From a bacterium (GTDB taxonomy: Bacteria > Hinthialibacterota > Hinthialibacteria > Hinthialibacterales > Hinthialibacteraceae): a stretch of DNA of 64,000 bases. Shown piece after piece: positions 50,601 to 59,960 of this stretch. Made by a program: the position numbers and the translations under genes. Under the pieces are notes generated by a model. That model saw only the letters and a list, made by a program, of their open reading frames with translations, had not been told where the DNA came from and ran no database searches. Location of the stretch: assembly GCA_963663405.2 (NCBI GenBank), contig CAXXSM010000132.1, positions 128,001-192,000 of the forward strand, given 5' to 3'. Within the stretch, counting starts at the first letter, position 1; each line of letters starts with the position of its first letter.

Positions 50601-50703
50601 TCCCCGATTGCATTGGATATCCATTCACAACGGGCAGGGATTGAGTGAATCCTTGGAGAATAGGGATGAATAGGAATATGAGGGAAAAGACGAACGGCAT
50701 CAT
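47611..50703 (-). CDS. NHL/beta-propeller domain fused to a GT-C (ArnT/PMT, family 39-like) membrane glycosyltransferase
   Basis: DADRLPNGNYLVSD repeats; HGDEG loop; GVRLMGAL; HFSRMG; many TM helices. Confidence 0.85.
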   Translation of the reverse strand: MMPFVFSLIFLFIPILQGFTQSLPVVNGYPMQSGIIAFNSAGKIQKFYPVAGIPSDVEILPSKTEFVVAGASGNFILFSLDGSILFGTSFYGLQDVDPLETPGEFLLTSRYNREVFIFNRLTGERNLLPFTLVDPTDADRLPNGNYLVSDAKANRILELNPEGKIVWSYNDNLKQPLDALRLENGDTLISDFDNHRVIKVSAAGRILAEWKGYNHPNKLTLLSNGAVLVSDGDGQRLIELPAQGPQRVVRDNLNYITAAAYLPERDLYLCCVQNKFAPQGTHASSAPAQIESDFQNEWVKTQEKSLDLLQSPYFWLAVSFVFWLISLVAGMGTGIAKFSLCVAYGIPIWIAYAELVTAASISPYFPPLPFWIAAPLVFLYSFRRAARSFLPQEKWKSDGRPFHFPFGILTVIALLLWWIVPVCGQYYYLQATPLGWKLPWYAPMAAWGISLFLLFRVSNSSKNNARQEWLTIQMKKTSLAVPFSTGSVSEDDFDQYEEKDHTPAEDSPLSGQRANTFVIVVIVLAALLYTIGNTSVPTDVHGDEGEVALNGIEVRDSGDWNLFGLGWYHIPKLYYLIPAWGMWLFGDTLFGVRLMGALTGLGAIPIFYLLAKRLFHPRPAAIATFLYAVSSYTIHFSRMGTGYNQTALITIAALYFFLRGAQESDGKSYCLAGFLTGIGFLSYQASHILFPMLCGSFVLLTLTRIMPLRHAMAGGFMYMLAFWVTASPLIGNYLVDSTTFYSRAKSVSFLHQEGQTLILRDYPPNVSANEIAKQQVERTLLAPITHPNRSPYLINNGYGGILDPLPAICFTVGLLFVVLTIYKPASLLLLFWLFCIFMTGAAFTNNCPAYQRLIGGVPLLFLIAAPALHGVFLHFSQVFCWPHSKRVAVICSGAAILLIFGMHRYFHQIMSIPQPLDDSTRIARYLDERGPTRYTYFFGPPHFFFEYGNIRFLAPQARGETVEDPERFLLENRTRREPVNFVLVRSNRRYINKLREIYPGGREEWHYNHRNTRPFVTYEIDSLSASLSSR

Positions 50704-50913
50704 TAGATTTATCCTGAGATAGGAGTGTCGAGTATATAAATATGGGGTATTGTATCCCCAAATCACCTGGCGGCAAAACGATACTCGCTGGTTCTGCGCT
50801 GGGATTGAAAGATAATAAATTTGATTTTGGATGAAATAAGCCGGTTGATTTTGCCTAGAGACAAGATCAACCGGCTTCATTAGATTGTCATAGATTTGGA
50901 ATTAGCGCAGCGT

Positions 50914-53883
50914 TTACTCGCTGGCTGCAGTTTCCTCTTCCTGCATGTTTTCCTCATCTTCTTCTGGATGGAAATATTCCTGGTTGTATTCGATTTTGGA
51001 GGCGGCGCTGACTTCTTCGATCCAGGCGTTGAAGGCGAGAGATTGCGCGCTTCGTTCAAAATACTTTTGCATCGAGAATTGGCTTTTCGATTCGGCGTCC
51101 GGTTCGATTTTTTCCAGAACTTGGATGATATAAACACCCGTCATCGCATCCTGGACACGTTCTTTATCTTCATTCATCCGCATCCGGTAATTCTTGATGG
51201 GATTGGAGATCTGACCGGGTTTCATGGCCAACGCCGTTTTCGCGACTGGATACGCCATTCCTATACCTTGGACCTGCCCGTTTCCGGTGATATCATAGGG
51301 TCCCTTATAACTCGCGCCTTTACCACCCAAGGGTTGTTTATCGCTGCCTGTATCTTCGTAGAGACTCAGGTCAACCGAGCGTGTGGCGTCGATCGGCCCA
51401 TTCGCCGCGAGAGCGGATTGAATGGCTTGCAGCGCTTCATTTGCGTACCGCTCCGCATACGCTTCCGCCAGTTTCAGTTTCAGGTCGCGCTCTACATCTT
51501 CCCGCGCTTCCGCCAGATCCGGAAGATACGGTTCCTTAATCTCCAGCAATTGGGCGATGTAATATGCGTCGATGGGCATGGTGGATGGATCGCGTCCATA
51601 TCCCTGCATCCGGGATTCCACTTCCCGTGTGGAAACAGAACCGATGGCTTCCAATTTAAATGCTTCTTGATTCAGTTCACGTTTCATTCCCAATCCAGGA
51701 ATGGCTCCCCCCGCCCGGAAAAGTTCCGTTGTGCCCCATTCAATGCCCTGGGATGCGGCTTCCACTTCTAATGCGGCTTTTTTGCTGAATAACTCATCCG
51801 CGAAAAGATTGGCTTGGTTACGGGCCATCCGTTCCGATTGGTCTTTGACGTAAGCTCTCTCCACCTCGGTTTGCACTTCCACTAATTCAGGCAGGCGGGC
51901 CGGTTCGCGGGAGACGAGGCGGATGATATTCTGTCCCTTTCTCGTTTCGATGGGACCGGCGATTTCGTCTTCGGTTAATGTGAACGCGGTGTTGATGATT
52001 TCAGTTGGATCCGAGCCGAGTTCCGGTATGTATCGATCCTCACGTCCAAAAGGCTGCAGCGTTGTGACTTTCAAACCTCGGGCGGAGGCTGCTTGTTCGA
52101 GTGTGGCTCCGGTCGCGCCTTTTACCAAAGCCGCGTCTTCTTCCGACGCTTGCAACGCCAATTCTCTGGCGTTCTTTTCCTTTACATCCTCGATGACTGT
52201 TTCTCTCGCTTCTTCCAGTGTCAGAGGACGAGTCTCCAATCTGTCGATGGATTCGATTAGATATAGATTCTCCATCATGATATTCCCCGCGATTTGGATC
52301 GTCTTATCAGGAGTTTTCATGAAGGCCATGCGGGAGAATGTCTGCAGGTCTTTTGTAGGAATACCGGGTAATTCTTTCACGTTCCGTTCAAAAAAGTCCG
52401 TCGTTTGGACCGCGTATTGGTCTTGTAGATCGGTGAGACTTTCGACCGAGTTCCCCAGCGCCCGGAATTGATTCACCGCCAGCTGCTTTTGCAGCGTTTG
52501 ACGGATTTCATCGGCTACATCTTCCAGCGGATCGGTTCCTTCTTCCTGCCGGTCTTCGACGCGGATCAAATGGTAACCATATTGCGTTTTTATCGGATCC
52601 GAAATCTGCCCCAGAGGAAGTTCAAACGCCGCTTTTTCGAAGGGGGGATCCATTAATCCACGTCCGAAATAGCCGAGATCGCCGCCTTTAATCGCGGATC
52701 CCGTATCGGCGGAATATTTTTCCGCCGCTTCGGAGAAGGGCAGGCCTTGTTCGATCTCCGTGCGGATTTCGAGCGCCCGGTTTTTGATGGCATCGGTCTC
52801 TTCGGCGGTCAATCCATCGGTGACTCGCAGAAGGATGTGCCGGGCTTTCGCTTGTTCTTTATGCTCATAACGGAATAGATTTTTTTCGTAGTAGGATTCG
52901 ATCGCTTCCTGCGTCACATCCTGCGTGTTCGCCAAAGCGACTAAAGGTTCGGCGATAAAACGGACTTTGATCTGTTCCGGTTTCATGTATTTAGCCGAAT
53001 TTTCACTAAACTGCTGTTGAATTTCTTCTTCTGTCGCAGAGGCTTGATCCGTGAAATCATTCGCGGAATAGAGTACGTGTTGAATGACTACTTTTTCCGG
53101 GATTTCAAATTCTTGACGGTGTTGGTTGAAGAAATATTCAACGCGGGTCGCTACGGAAGTCACGTCTTTGATGTAACTTTTAGGATAGAACTTCGCGTAC
53201 GCGATTCGGCGTTGTTCGGGAACTTTGTATTTTTCCTGATTCTCTTCAAAGTATTGATTTAATTGCTCTTCCGTTGGGGTAACGTCATCCACGTAACTGG
53301 ATGGTTCGAACGCCAGGTATTCAACTTTAACTTTCTCGTTTTCCCGTTTATCGCCCCGCTCTTTTTCGGTCGCGGCGTCAAAGAAGGTGTGCTGGACGAC
53401 CGCGCCGACTTTCGCCTTCGTGAGCGCGTTTCTCTGATCTTGAACGTACGCTTCTTGGGGAATTTTATTATTGTATAGAACCGCCTCGAATCTCTGGACG
53501 CTGAAATTCCCGTTTTCATCTTTGAAATACTGCTGCTGGCGGATGGCGTTTCTCACTTCTTCGTCCGTTGTGCCGATTCCCCATTCTCCCGCTTTCTGCT
53601 CGACCAACTTCGATTGGATGAGATCCTGCAAAACACGACGCGATATTTCTTCGTCCGAAAGCGATTGAAGCGATTGGTTCCTCTGCATGTTCTGCCGGTA
53701 CGCGTCCAATCGGTTTTGATATGCGTATTCTTGAATGCGGTCTCCATTGACCTTGACGACCCAGCGGACCAGCGTGGGACTCGCGCATTCACCATATCCA
53801 TACAGAATGATGAACGATGGGATGACCAACCACAATGTGTAGGTCATGACTGTTTTCTTATGCCGGTTAAACCACTCAAACAT
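50914..53883 (-). CDS. PpiD/SurA-like peptidylprolyl isomerase chaperone, expanded
   Basis: SurA N-domain, ARHILL, SADTGSAIKGGDLGYF, KTQYGYHLI; 989 aa. Confidence 0.88.
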   Translation of the reverse strand: MFEWFNRHKKTVMTYTLWLVIPSFIILYGYGECASPTLVRWVVKVNGDRIQEYAYQNRLDAYRQNMQRNQSLQSLSDEEISRRVLQDLIQSKLVEQKAGEWGIGTTDEEVRNAIRQQQYFKDENGNFSVQRFEAVLYNNKIPQEAYVQDQRNALTKAKVGAVVQHTFFDAATEKERGDKRENEKVKVEYLAFEPSSYVDDVTPTEEQLNQYFEENQEKYKVPEQRRIAYAKFYPKSYIKDVTSVATRVEYFFNQHRQEFEIPEKVVIQHVLYSANDFTDQASATEEEIQQQFSENSAKYMKPEQIKVRFIAEPLVALANTQDVTQEAIESYYEKNLFRYEHKEQAKARHILLRVTDGLTAEETDAIKNRALEIRTEIEQGLPFSEAAEKYSADTGSAIKGGDLGYFGRGLMDPPFEKAAFELPLGQISDPIKTQYGYHLIRVEDRQEEGTDPLEDVADEIRQTLQKQLAVNQFRALGNSVESLTDLQDQYAVQTTDFFERNVKELPGIPTKDLQTFSRMAFMKTPDKTIQIAGNIMMENLYLIESIDRLETRPLTLEEARETVIEDVKEKNARELALQASEEDAALVKGATGATLEQAASARGLKVTTLQPFGREDRYIPELGSDPTEIINTAFTLTEDEIAGPIETRKGQNIIRLVSREPARLPELVEVQTEVERAYVKDQSERMARNQANLFADELFSKKAALEVEAASQGIEWGTTELFRAGGAIPGLGMKRELNQEAFKLEAIGSVSTREVESRMQGYGRDPSTMPIDAYYIAQLLEIKEPYLPDLAEAREDVERDLKLKLAEAYAERYANEALQAIQSALAANGPIDATRSVDLSLYEDTGSDKQPLGGKGASYKGPYDITGNGQVQGIGMAYPVAKTALAMKPGQISNPIKNYRMRMNEDKERVQDAMTGVYIIQVLEKIEPDAESKSQFSMQKYFERSAQSLAFNAWIEEVSAASKIEYNQEYFHPEEDEENMQEEETAASE

Positions 53884-53917
53884 GAACGAAAAACCTCCTG
53901 GAGGATAAATAATTCAA

Positions 53918-56068
53918 TTAACGGCGGCGCTCCCGCTGGAAGGCGCCGGGTACGGCTGATTTACTCTTATACAAACGAAACGCAGTATCACGCAGGAACG
54001 AGGGAATTTCAAACTGAAGCCCAACCGCGCTGGCGGATATGGGATCTTTTGTTGTGATCTCTCCCGTATAGGGATCGTACTGTTCCACCTCGTACCTGCC
54101 ATCCTGAATTTCCGGCAATGTAAGCGTGACCGGTTGGATGGGATCGTATTGAGTATAGCGTTCGATTTGAGAAAACTGATGGGGATCGTCATGAATCCAG
54201 ATTAAGATTCGATTCTCGCTCCCACGGGCGTATGCTTTCGGTCGCTGTACGAAATCATCGATCCAGTATCTCTGCACTTTAAACCAGTCCAGCCCATTGT
54301 TGCGAATTTCGATCCGGTGGGCGCCGGGAGGGAGTGGAAATTCTATCCGCCCCTCACCACCGGGCGATGTGTCACTGGACGTGGTGGGGAAATTCTTTGA
54401 AAAGATTGTTGTCCCATCGAGAATGACCGTGCAATTCGAACCCGCGCGAGCTAAGGTCTCGATTTGAAAGCCAAATTGTGTCGCTGTTTCCGTTTCAAGC
54501 AGGAACATGGGATTGGGCGCCATATCGCGGTGGTACCGGCCATGGATGAACGCTGTGCACTCATCCAAGTATTCCACGGCGCCGTCTTTGATAGTAAATT
54601 CCTGACGCAAGGTTTCGCCCCAATCGATTCGAGGTGAGAATTGAAACGGACCGAGATTGGCCGGCGCCGGTTCAATCAACGCCGTCATGATAACGGGTTT
54701 TTCTTTCACCCAATCGATTCCCTCTAGATAGTCAGCGAGGCGCTTGAAATGGCCGTACAAGTTATAAGGGCGCACCCAATTATCCCACCACCAGGTCATC
54801 GCGGTTCCACTATCCGGGCTGTGCGCGGACGCCCACAGCTGGTTGTGCAGAATGACACCCTCCCGGTCGTCCCGGTTTGGTCCTCGGTAGTTATACGACA
54901 TTTCACCGAAAAAGTGGGGTTTTTCTGGATAATTCACTTCCGCTTGCGCGGAGGAAGCCATCACGCGATCGATGATCGCGTTGACATACGCGTGGGTTTG
55001 CAGATAATCCAATCCACCGATTTGATGCGTCAAACTTTCCCGTGAAGAGGCGCTGGTGGTTCGCAGATGCTTGTAAGGATCGAGCGAATCGAGATACGCC
55101 GCCATCTCCTCGTGCCAGGCTCTCACATTGGGGAAATTGAAATTTGCGGTCAGATCAACCTCATTCCAAAATTCCCATGCCAATAAATGCGCGCTGTATC
55201 CCCAGCGGGCTACCAAATAACGCAGCCGGTCGCGGTAATGGCGTTTGGCCTCTTCGCTGGTGAAGAAATCTTCCGGCGCCTCTAGAAAACCACCGTTTTT
55301 CGCGTTATATGGATTGTCGTTCCACACCGGATTGGTGTTAATGGAATATTGTCCATGATGGTTGATGACCCACTGGATGTAAATTCCGCGTTCTTCCGCC
55401 GCTTGAAAGATCCCATCGATCATTTCGGCGTTGGTGGAACTGTATTGTTCGAGTCCGTGATAATTCTTCCCATCATCTTTCCAAACCAGTTCAGTCATAC
55501 CCCAAGGGCACATCCAGATGCGGATCCAATTGATCCCCGCTTCCTGGCATTCATCCAGGTAGCTGATCCAAACCGCCAGCCGGGAACCATTCCCGGACAC
55601 CCATCCAAGATTCTCTCCCAGCGGGAAATAGGATTCCCCATTCTCAAAGACAAAAAACCGCGGGACTTCTTTGGATACGCGGACAAATCCCCGCGCGCTG
55701 TTTTCCACAACGTGGAACGATCCCGTAGCCGCTTCGATGGCCGTGGAGGGTGTTTTCGCTGTTACACGATATGTGTACGTTCCCGGCTTGGAGGGAGTAA
55801 AGCGTAAAATCCAATCCTGTTTCCCATCATAAAAACAAGGAACGATAAACGTATCTCCATCATTGGAGTGGATTTCCGCATCCACTTGTATAGCGGACGA
55901 ATCGTACGCATTAGAAAAATTCAAATCCACTGCGAACGCGGTTTGAAACAGCCCATAAGCTGGGATGGAAGGAATTTCCTCCATCGCCCCAGCGGACAAA
56001 ACCAATCCGGCTTCAGCAAAAATGAATACAAAAAAATAGCCCCACAGCCTGTGGAAACGAGCGAACAT
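53918..56068 (-). CDS. DUF5060 domain plus GH5/clan-A-like glycoside hydrolase, secreted
   Basis: WILRFTP, LRYLVARWGYS, WEFWNEV (acid/base), FFGEM (nucleophile), TWWWD. Confidence 0.85.
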   Translation of the reverse strand: MFARFHRLWGYFFVFIFAEAGLVLSAGAMEEIPSIPAYGLFQTAFAVDLNFSNAYDSSAIQVDAEIHSNDGDTFIVPCFYDGKQDWILRFTPSKPGTYTYRVTAKTPSTAIEAATGSFHVVENSARGFVRVSKEVPRFFVFENGESYFPLGENLGWVSGNGSRLAVWISYLDECQEAGINWIRIWMCPWGMTELVWKDDGKNYHGLEQYSSTNAEMIDGIFQAAEERGIYIQWVINHHGQYSINTNPVWNDNPYNAKNGGFLEAPEDFFTSEEAKRHYRDRLRYLVARWGYSAHLLAWEFWNEVDLTANFNFPNVRAWHEEMAAYLDSLDPYKHLRTTSASSRESLTHQIGGLDYLQTHAYVNAIIDRVMASSAQAEVNYPEKPHFFGEMSYNYRGPNRDDREGVILHNQLWASAHSPDSGTAMTWWWDNWVRPYNLYGHFKRLADYLEGIDWVKEKPVIMTALIEPAPANLGPFQFSPRIDWGETLRQEFTIKDGAVEYLDECTAFIHGRYHRDMAPNPMFLLETETATQFGFQIETLARAGSNCTVILDGTTIFSKNFPTTSSDTSPGGEGRIEFPLPPGAHRIEIRNNGLDWFKVQRYWIDDFVQRPKAYARGSENRILIWIHDDPHQFSQIERYTQYDPIQPVTLTLPEIQDGRYEVEQYDPYTGEITTKDPISASAVGLQFEIPSFLRDTAFRLYKSKSAVPGAFQRERRR

Positions 56069-56243
56069 CGATTCTCCTCATTGAATTTTACTATAGAGGG
56101 AAATAATAATTATATCATTTTCATTTCAGTGGACTAGCCGTAGCGGAAGAGAAATGTTTATACAAAATTTCATTGAAATACGTTCTTTTAAGTGATATAG
56201 TTTAAATGATGTAATAAATTCATGTAATATATTAGGTAGAGTA

Positions 56244-56720
56244 ATGACCCTATCACAACAAACAAAAACCAGTAATTCAACGGTTTGTTATCTAGAAGAT
56301 GATCTTTCCACACTGGCTTGTCATGCTGCGATTGAACTGGAACATCTAATCCATGACAGAGAATTTCCATTTAAATTAAGCGCATTAGAACAACTAATCG
56401 AAGCGCTATCTGAAGAGATCCCTTCTGAGAGTGACTGTAATTCTTCTGATTCCTTTATCGATCCGACGACAATACGGGTAATGAATCATGCGATGATCCA
56501 ATATGGAAATGATAAATTAACTACTGTGAAGCAGCTTTTCGATGAGGCAAGAAAGATAACGCTAAGTTTGAGAGAAATCATCGATTTGGACCGAAAGGGG
56601 GAAAAAGATAGTGAAAAAGCGGAAAATATGAAAAAATTTTGTTTGGAACTTTCAAAAAGTTCGGCGGCTTATGGGCCTTCTTCCTATCGCCAAAGAAGAA
56701 AACATCCTTTCCAAGATTAA
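56244..56720 (+). CDS. Hypothetical alpha-helical protein (gene 1 of AT-rich operon)
   Basis: 158-aa ORF ending 3 nt before the next ATG; no recognisable family. Confidence 0.8.
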   Translation: MTLSQQTKTSNSTVCYLEDDLSTLACHAAIELEHLIHDREFPFKLSALEQLIEALSEEIPSESDCNSSDSFIDPTTIRVMNHAMIQYGNDKLTTVKQLFDEARKITLSLREIIDLDRKGEKDSEKAENMKKFCLELSKSSAAYGPSSYRQRRKHPFQD

Positions 56721-56723
56721 CTC

Positions 56724-57995
56724 ATGTCCATTTTGAAATACACAATAGAAAGGTTCAGCGCCTTTATTGAGGAAATTGAAAGATTACACCTTTGTGATTT
56801 TCCCTATATTGATTCAAAAATAGCAATAGAAACGTTAAAAAAAACGTTTGATCGAAAATCGCCCTATCTTTATAATTTGAGAGAGGAAGACGATAAAAAA
56901 TTAATAGTTGATAAATGCACAAGGACTATAACGGACATAGATCTTTATCTTCCTCTTTTAGGATTTATCCTTCGATCGACGGACGTTCGAAATCCTTTTG
57001 AGATTTATGGTCCCATTCTCCGTCTTGTAAATACTATTCTAAATACAAATACCAATCCTGTATCAAGTGATAATAATGAGGAAAATCGTATCCATCTTAT
57101 TCTATCATCCGAATGGAATTATTCTCCTTTGATTTATAGTGGAATCCCAGAATTGCCAGGATTCCTATTTATTGGCTTACCTGTATTTGAGTCATCAAAT
57201 CCTTTATTGATTCCTCTTATAGGGCACGAAATGGGGCATCTCATATGGAATATGAAAAATAAGGATGCTTTATCTAGAAAGGCACAGCATTATGTTCTAG
57301 AGTCAATTATAAACCGTTGGGATGATTACTCGAGATTGTACGGTCTAACGGAAAAGAGCCAACTAACTGACGATATATTTGGCCGGGAGACATGGCAACA
57401 TGCGTTAAAGTGGGCGTTAGAACAAACAAAAGAAATTTATTGCGATTTCATCGGGCTGTCAATTTTCGGGTATTCTTTTCTATGCGCGTTTGCGTATCTT
57501 TTATCACCACGATTTTCTGGATCTCGCTCGGAGTTATATCCTAATTTAAAAGAACGAGCTGAGTATTTGACACTGGCGGCGGAAAAATATGATATAAAAA
57601 TCCCCGCAGATTATCTAGAAATGTTTGAAAATTTCAGTGGACCGAGTTCATCTGAAAAAGATATGTTATTATTGACAGTCGCTGATGAAGCGGTTCAAAA
57701 AATTGTACCGGAGTTGATTCACCAAGTCGATGAGTTTATCCGATCGACTAAGATTATTCTTCCTTCGAAAGAAGAAAGGGATAGGATCTATAAACGCTTT
57801 CTTCGTGTTATTCCAGCGGAACAGTGCAAAAGTATTGCGGATATCCTTAATGCGGCATGGAAAGCATATGAGCAACCCGATTTCTGGAAGGACAAACCTC
57901 AAATGGCTAATAACAGGGATAAAGTTTTAAAAGAATTGGTTTTAAAAAATATCGAAATTTTCGAGATCGAACAGATTACTGGTGATAACTCTTGA
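56724..57995 (+). CDS. HEXXH gluzincin-like hypothetical protein (gene 2)
   Basis: PLIGHEMGHLIW, downstream EIYCD and YPNLKER; no signal peptide. Confidence 0.75.
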   Translation: MSILKYTIERFSAFIEEIERLHLCDFPYIDSKIAIETLKKTFDRKSPYLYNLREEDDKKLIVDKCTRTITDIDLYLPLLGFILRSTDVRNPFEIYGPILRLVNTILNTNTNPVSSDNNEENRIHLILSSEWNYSPLIYSGIPELPGFLFIGLPVFESSNPLLIPLIGHEMGHLIWNMKNKDALSRKAQHYVLESIINRWDDYSRLYGLTEKSQLTDDIFGRETWQHALKWALEQTKEIYCDFIGLSIFGYSFLCAFAYLLSPRFSGSRSELYPNLKERAEYLTLAAEKYDIKIPADYLEMFENFSGPSSSEKDMLLLTVADEAVQKIVPELIHQVDEFIRSTKIILPSKEERDRIYKRFLRVIPAEQCKSIADILNAAWKAYEQPDFWKDKPQMANNRDKVLKELVLKNIEIFEIEQITGDNS

Positions 57996-58609
57996 TACTA
58001 AAAACAGACAAAATTGCCGATCTGCTACGTAAACAGGATACCAAAGACCCCCTTGTTATATCTCCATGTCCAGATTTAGATGAACTGGAAAAATCCGGAT
58101 CGACATCGGTAGATTTGAGATTAGGCACATGGTTTGTCACACCTTGGCAGACGCGGATGACGCATCTTCAACTTGCGGAACAAGACATGCAGGAAAAATT
58201 GATGCAAACATACTATGTCTCTTTTGGGAATGAATATTATCTTCATCCAGGCTGTTTTGCTTTAGGAGTTACAATCGAATGGCTTAGACTTCCGAAAGAT
58301 CTGGCAGGATATGTAATTGGAAAATCAAGTTGGGGACGGCGGGGATTAATCATTGCAACGGCGGCTGGAGTGCATCCCGGTTTCAAAGGTTGTTTAACTT
58401 TAGAACTTAGTAACGTGGGCGAAATACCAATCGCAATCAGTCCTGGAATTAAAATCTGCCAATTATGTCTCCATAAAGTTGATAGAATGAATTCAGATGA
58501 GATTGATAAAAGTGAATTTATTGGTCAGAGAAAACCTACTCTTGGAAAAATAAAAGTTGACGCTATCTCTGAAAAGTTATCAACTGCATATTCGTTGAAA
58601 AATGAATAA
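57992..58609 (+). CDS. dcd: dCTP deaminase (trimeric dUTPase-like fold), divergent (gene 3)
   Basis: SVDLRLG, LHPG.F.LG.T.EWLRLP, GKSSWGRRGL, HPGFKGCLTLEL.N, ICQL; TTGA overlap with gene 2. Confidence 0.9.
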   Translation: MILKTDKIADLLRKQDTKDPLVISPCPDLDELEKSGSTSVDLRLGTWFVTPWQTRMTHLQLAEQDMQEKLMQTYYVSFGNEYYLHPGCFALGVTIEWLRLPKDLAGYVIGKSSWGRRGLIIATAAGVHPGFKGCLTLELSNVGEIPIAISPGIKICQLCLHKVDRMNSDEIDKSEFIGQRKPTLGKIKVDAISEKLSTAYSLKNE

Positions 58610-58694
58610 TATGAATACAATGACTCGACGAGAGAAAAATAATTCAATTTATCCTGTTCTCACTACTATTTCAAACTATCCATTCATAAAACAT

Positions 58695-59960
58695 TTATCG
58701 CTTCGATCTCTCATGAATCCGATCCTGAATCGCCCATTGTAAATCACCAAGGAACGTTGTTGGGGGATCTGTTTCAATCACGTGATTGCTCCAATCCATT
58801 GTCTCAAGAATCGTGCTCATGGAGATGGGAGGGCGGTGGTTGTAGAGAACGAAATCGTATCGTTCCAAGCGTTCGCTCCACTGACTTCGTGGTATTCCGT
58901 ATCCTCCCAGCAGCGGCCATGTCCCCATCAGTAATGATTTTAACTCCTGGTTGTTTTCCTTATTATTAAATAAAAGTATAGTTCTGTCCGCTGAGTTTGG
59001 ATTCGCGACGTGTCCGATCGCGCGGTTGGTTCGCCGATATTGAGTCATGGACCGTGAGAAGACGTCTAAATACGCTTCAGAAAGAATATCGAGGAATAAC
59101 TCTTCCGAAAACGGCGCCTTATTGAGCCGTTCGAAAGCCAACCGGTTGAGCAGGACTCCGATTCGGCCCCGGTAAGCGAAATCCTGCCTATATTGATCCA
59201 GTGAATAGTGTGGCATCGTCTCTTCTGGAACATAGTCCCATTCTTCTCCCAGTTTCACTGGCCAATTCCAGCGAACAACGCCGCTGTGTTCGATAGAAAT
59301 GTCGGGACCATAAATATTTGTGTCAATTTTCTGCCCGGTTGAAAAGGTGGTGTAACCTGGAATGAATGATTCGTAATAGGTGACCGGCAAGAGCGTATCA
59401 TTCTTGATCCGCCCAATGGTGACGGCATGGGCCGCGATAATATCTTCATAGACGATCACGCCCGGCGAAATGGCTTCTGGGATCAGCGCGATCGGATACG
59501 TGTCATTGTATAAGGTCCGTGTGCTAACCATATCCTGGAAAAGTACTGATAGAAATACACAGAAACGTTTGTCCCGCTCCCATTCAGGATGTGTGGGAAA
59601 TCGATCCCATGCGGTCGAAAAATGCCCGATGCGCGCGCCTTCCTGTGATGTCGAGAGAAAAGGAAGCCCATTCTTCCGTGCGAAGATCGCCCGTAATCCA
59701 TAGGCGAGATCCGCGCAATCCGCTTTGATTCCGGAAGGTTTCAATATGTCCGGTTTTATATCCTCTTCTAGCCATGTTGAATAGCGCCGTTCCCATTCTT
59801 CGCTCCACTCCTGCGTTACTTCCCATACATCGCCCCACGCGGTGGAATGAAATAGGATTACTGCGTTGAGTAGTAAGAAACAAGCGCATAGTGTTGATCT
59901 TAGGAACTTTTTGTGATTATTGCCAATCTTGTACGGGTGGGGTGCGATTATATTCTCCAT
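58695..59960 (-). CDS. Secreted DCAD-motif hypothetical protein (putative Cys/His hydrolase), paralog B
   Basis: DVWEVTQEWSEEWERRYSTW, ADCADLAY, IFARKNGLPF, DTYPIAL, AHAVTIG. Confidence 0.75.
   Translation of the reverse strand: MENIIAPHPYKIGNNHKKFLRSTLCACFLLLNAVILFHSTAWGDVWEVTQEWSEEWERRYSTWLEEDIKPDILKPSGIKADCADLAYGLRAIFARKNGLPFLSTSQEGARIGHFSTAWDRFPTHPEWERDKRFCVFLSVLFQDMVSTRTLYNDTYPIALIPEAISPGVIVYEDIIAAHAVTIGRIKNDTLLPVTYYESFIPGYTTFSTGQKIDTNIYGPDISIEHSGVVRWNWPVKLGEEWDYVPEETMPHYSLDQYRQDFAYRGRIGVLLNRLAFERLNKAPFSEELFLDILSEAYLDVFSRSMTQYRRTNRAIGHVANPNSADRTILLFNNKENNQELKSLLMGTWPLLGGYGIPRSQWSERLERYDFVLYNHRPPISMSTILETMDWSNHVIETDPPTTFLGDLQWAIQDRIHERSKR

Noticed and set aside
50896-51771. 291-aa plus-strand ORF and many other antisense ORFs
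   Set aside because: Shadow frames opposite well-supported genes, with no recognisable motifs
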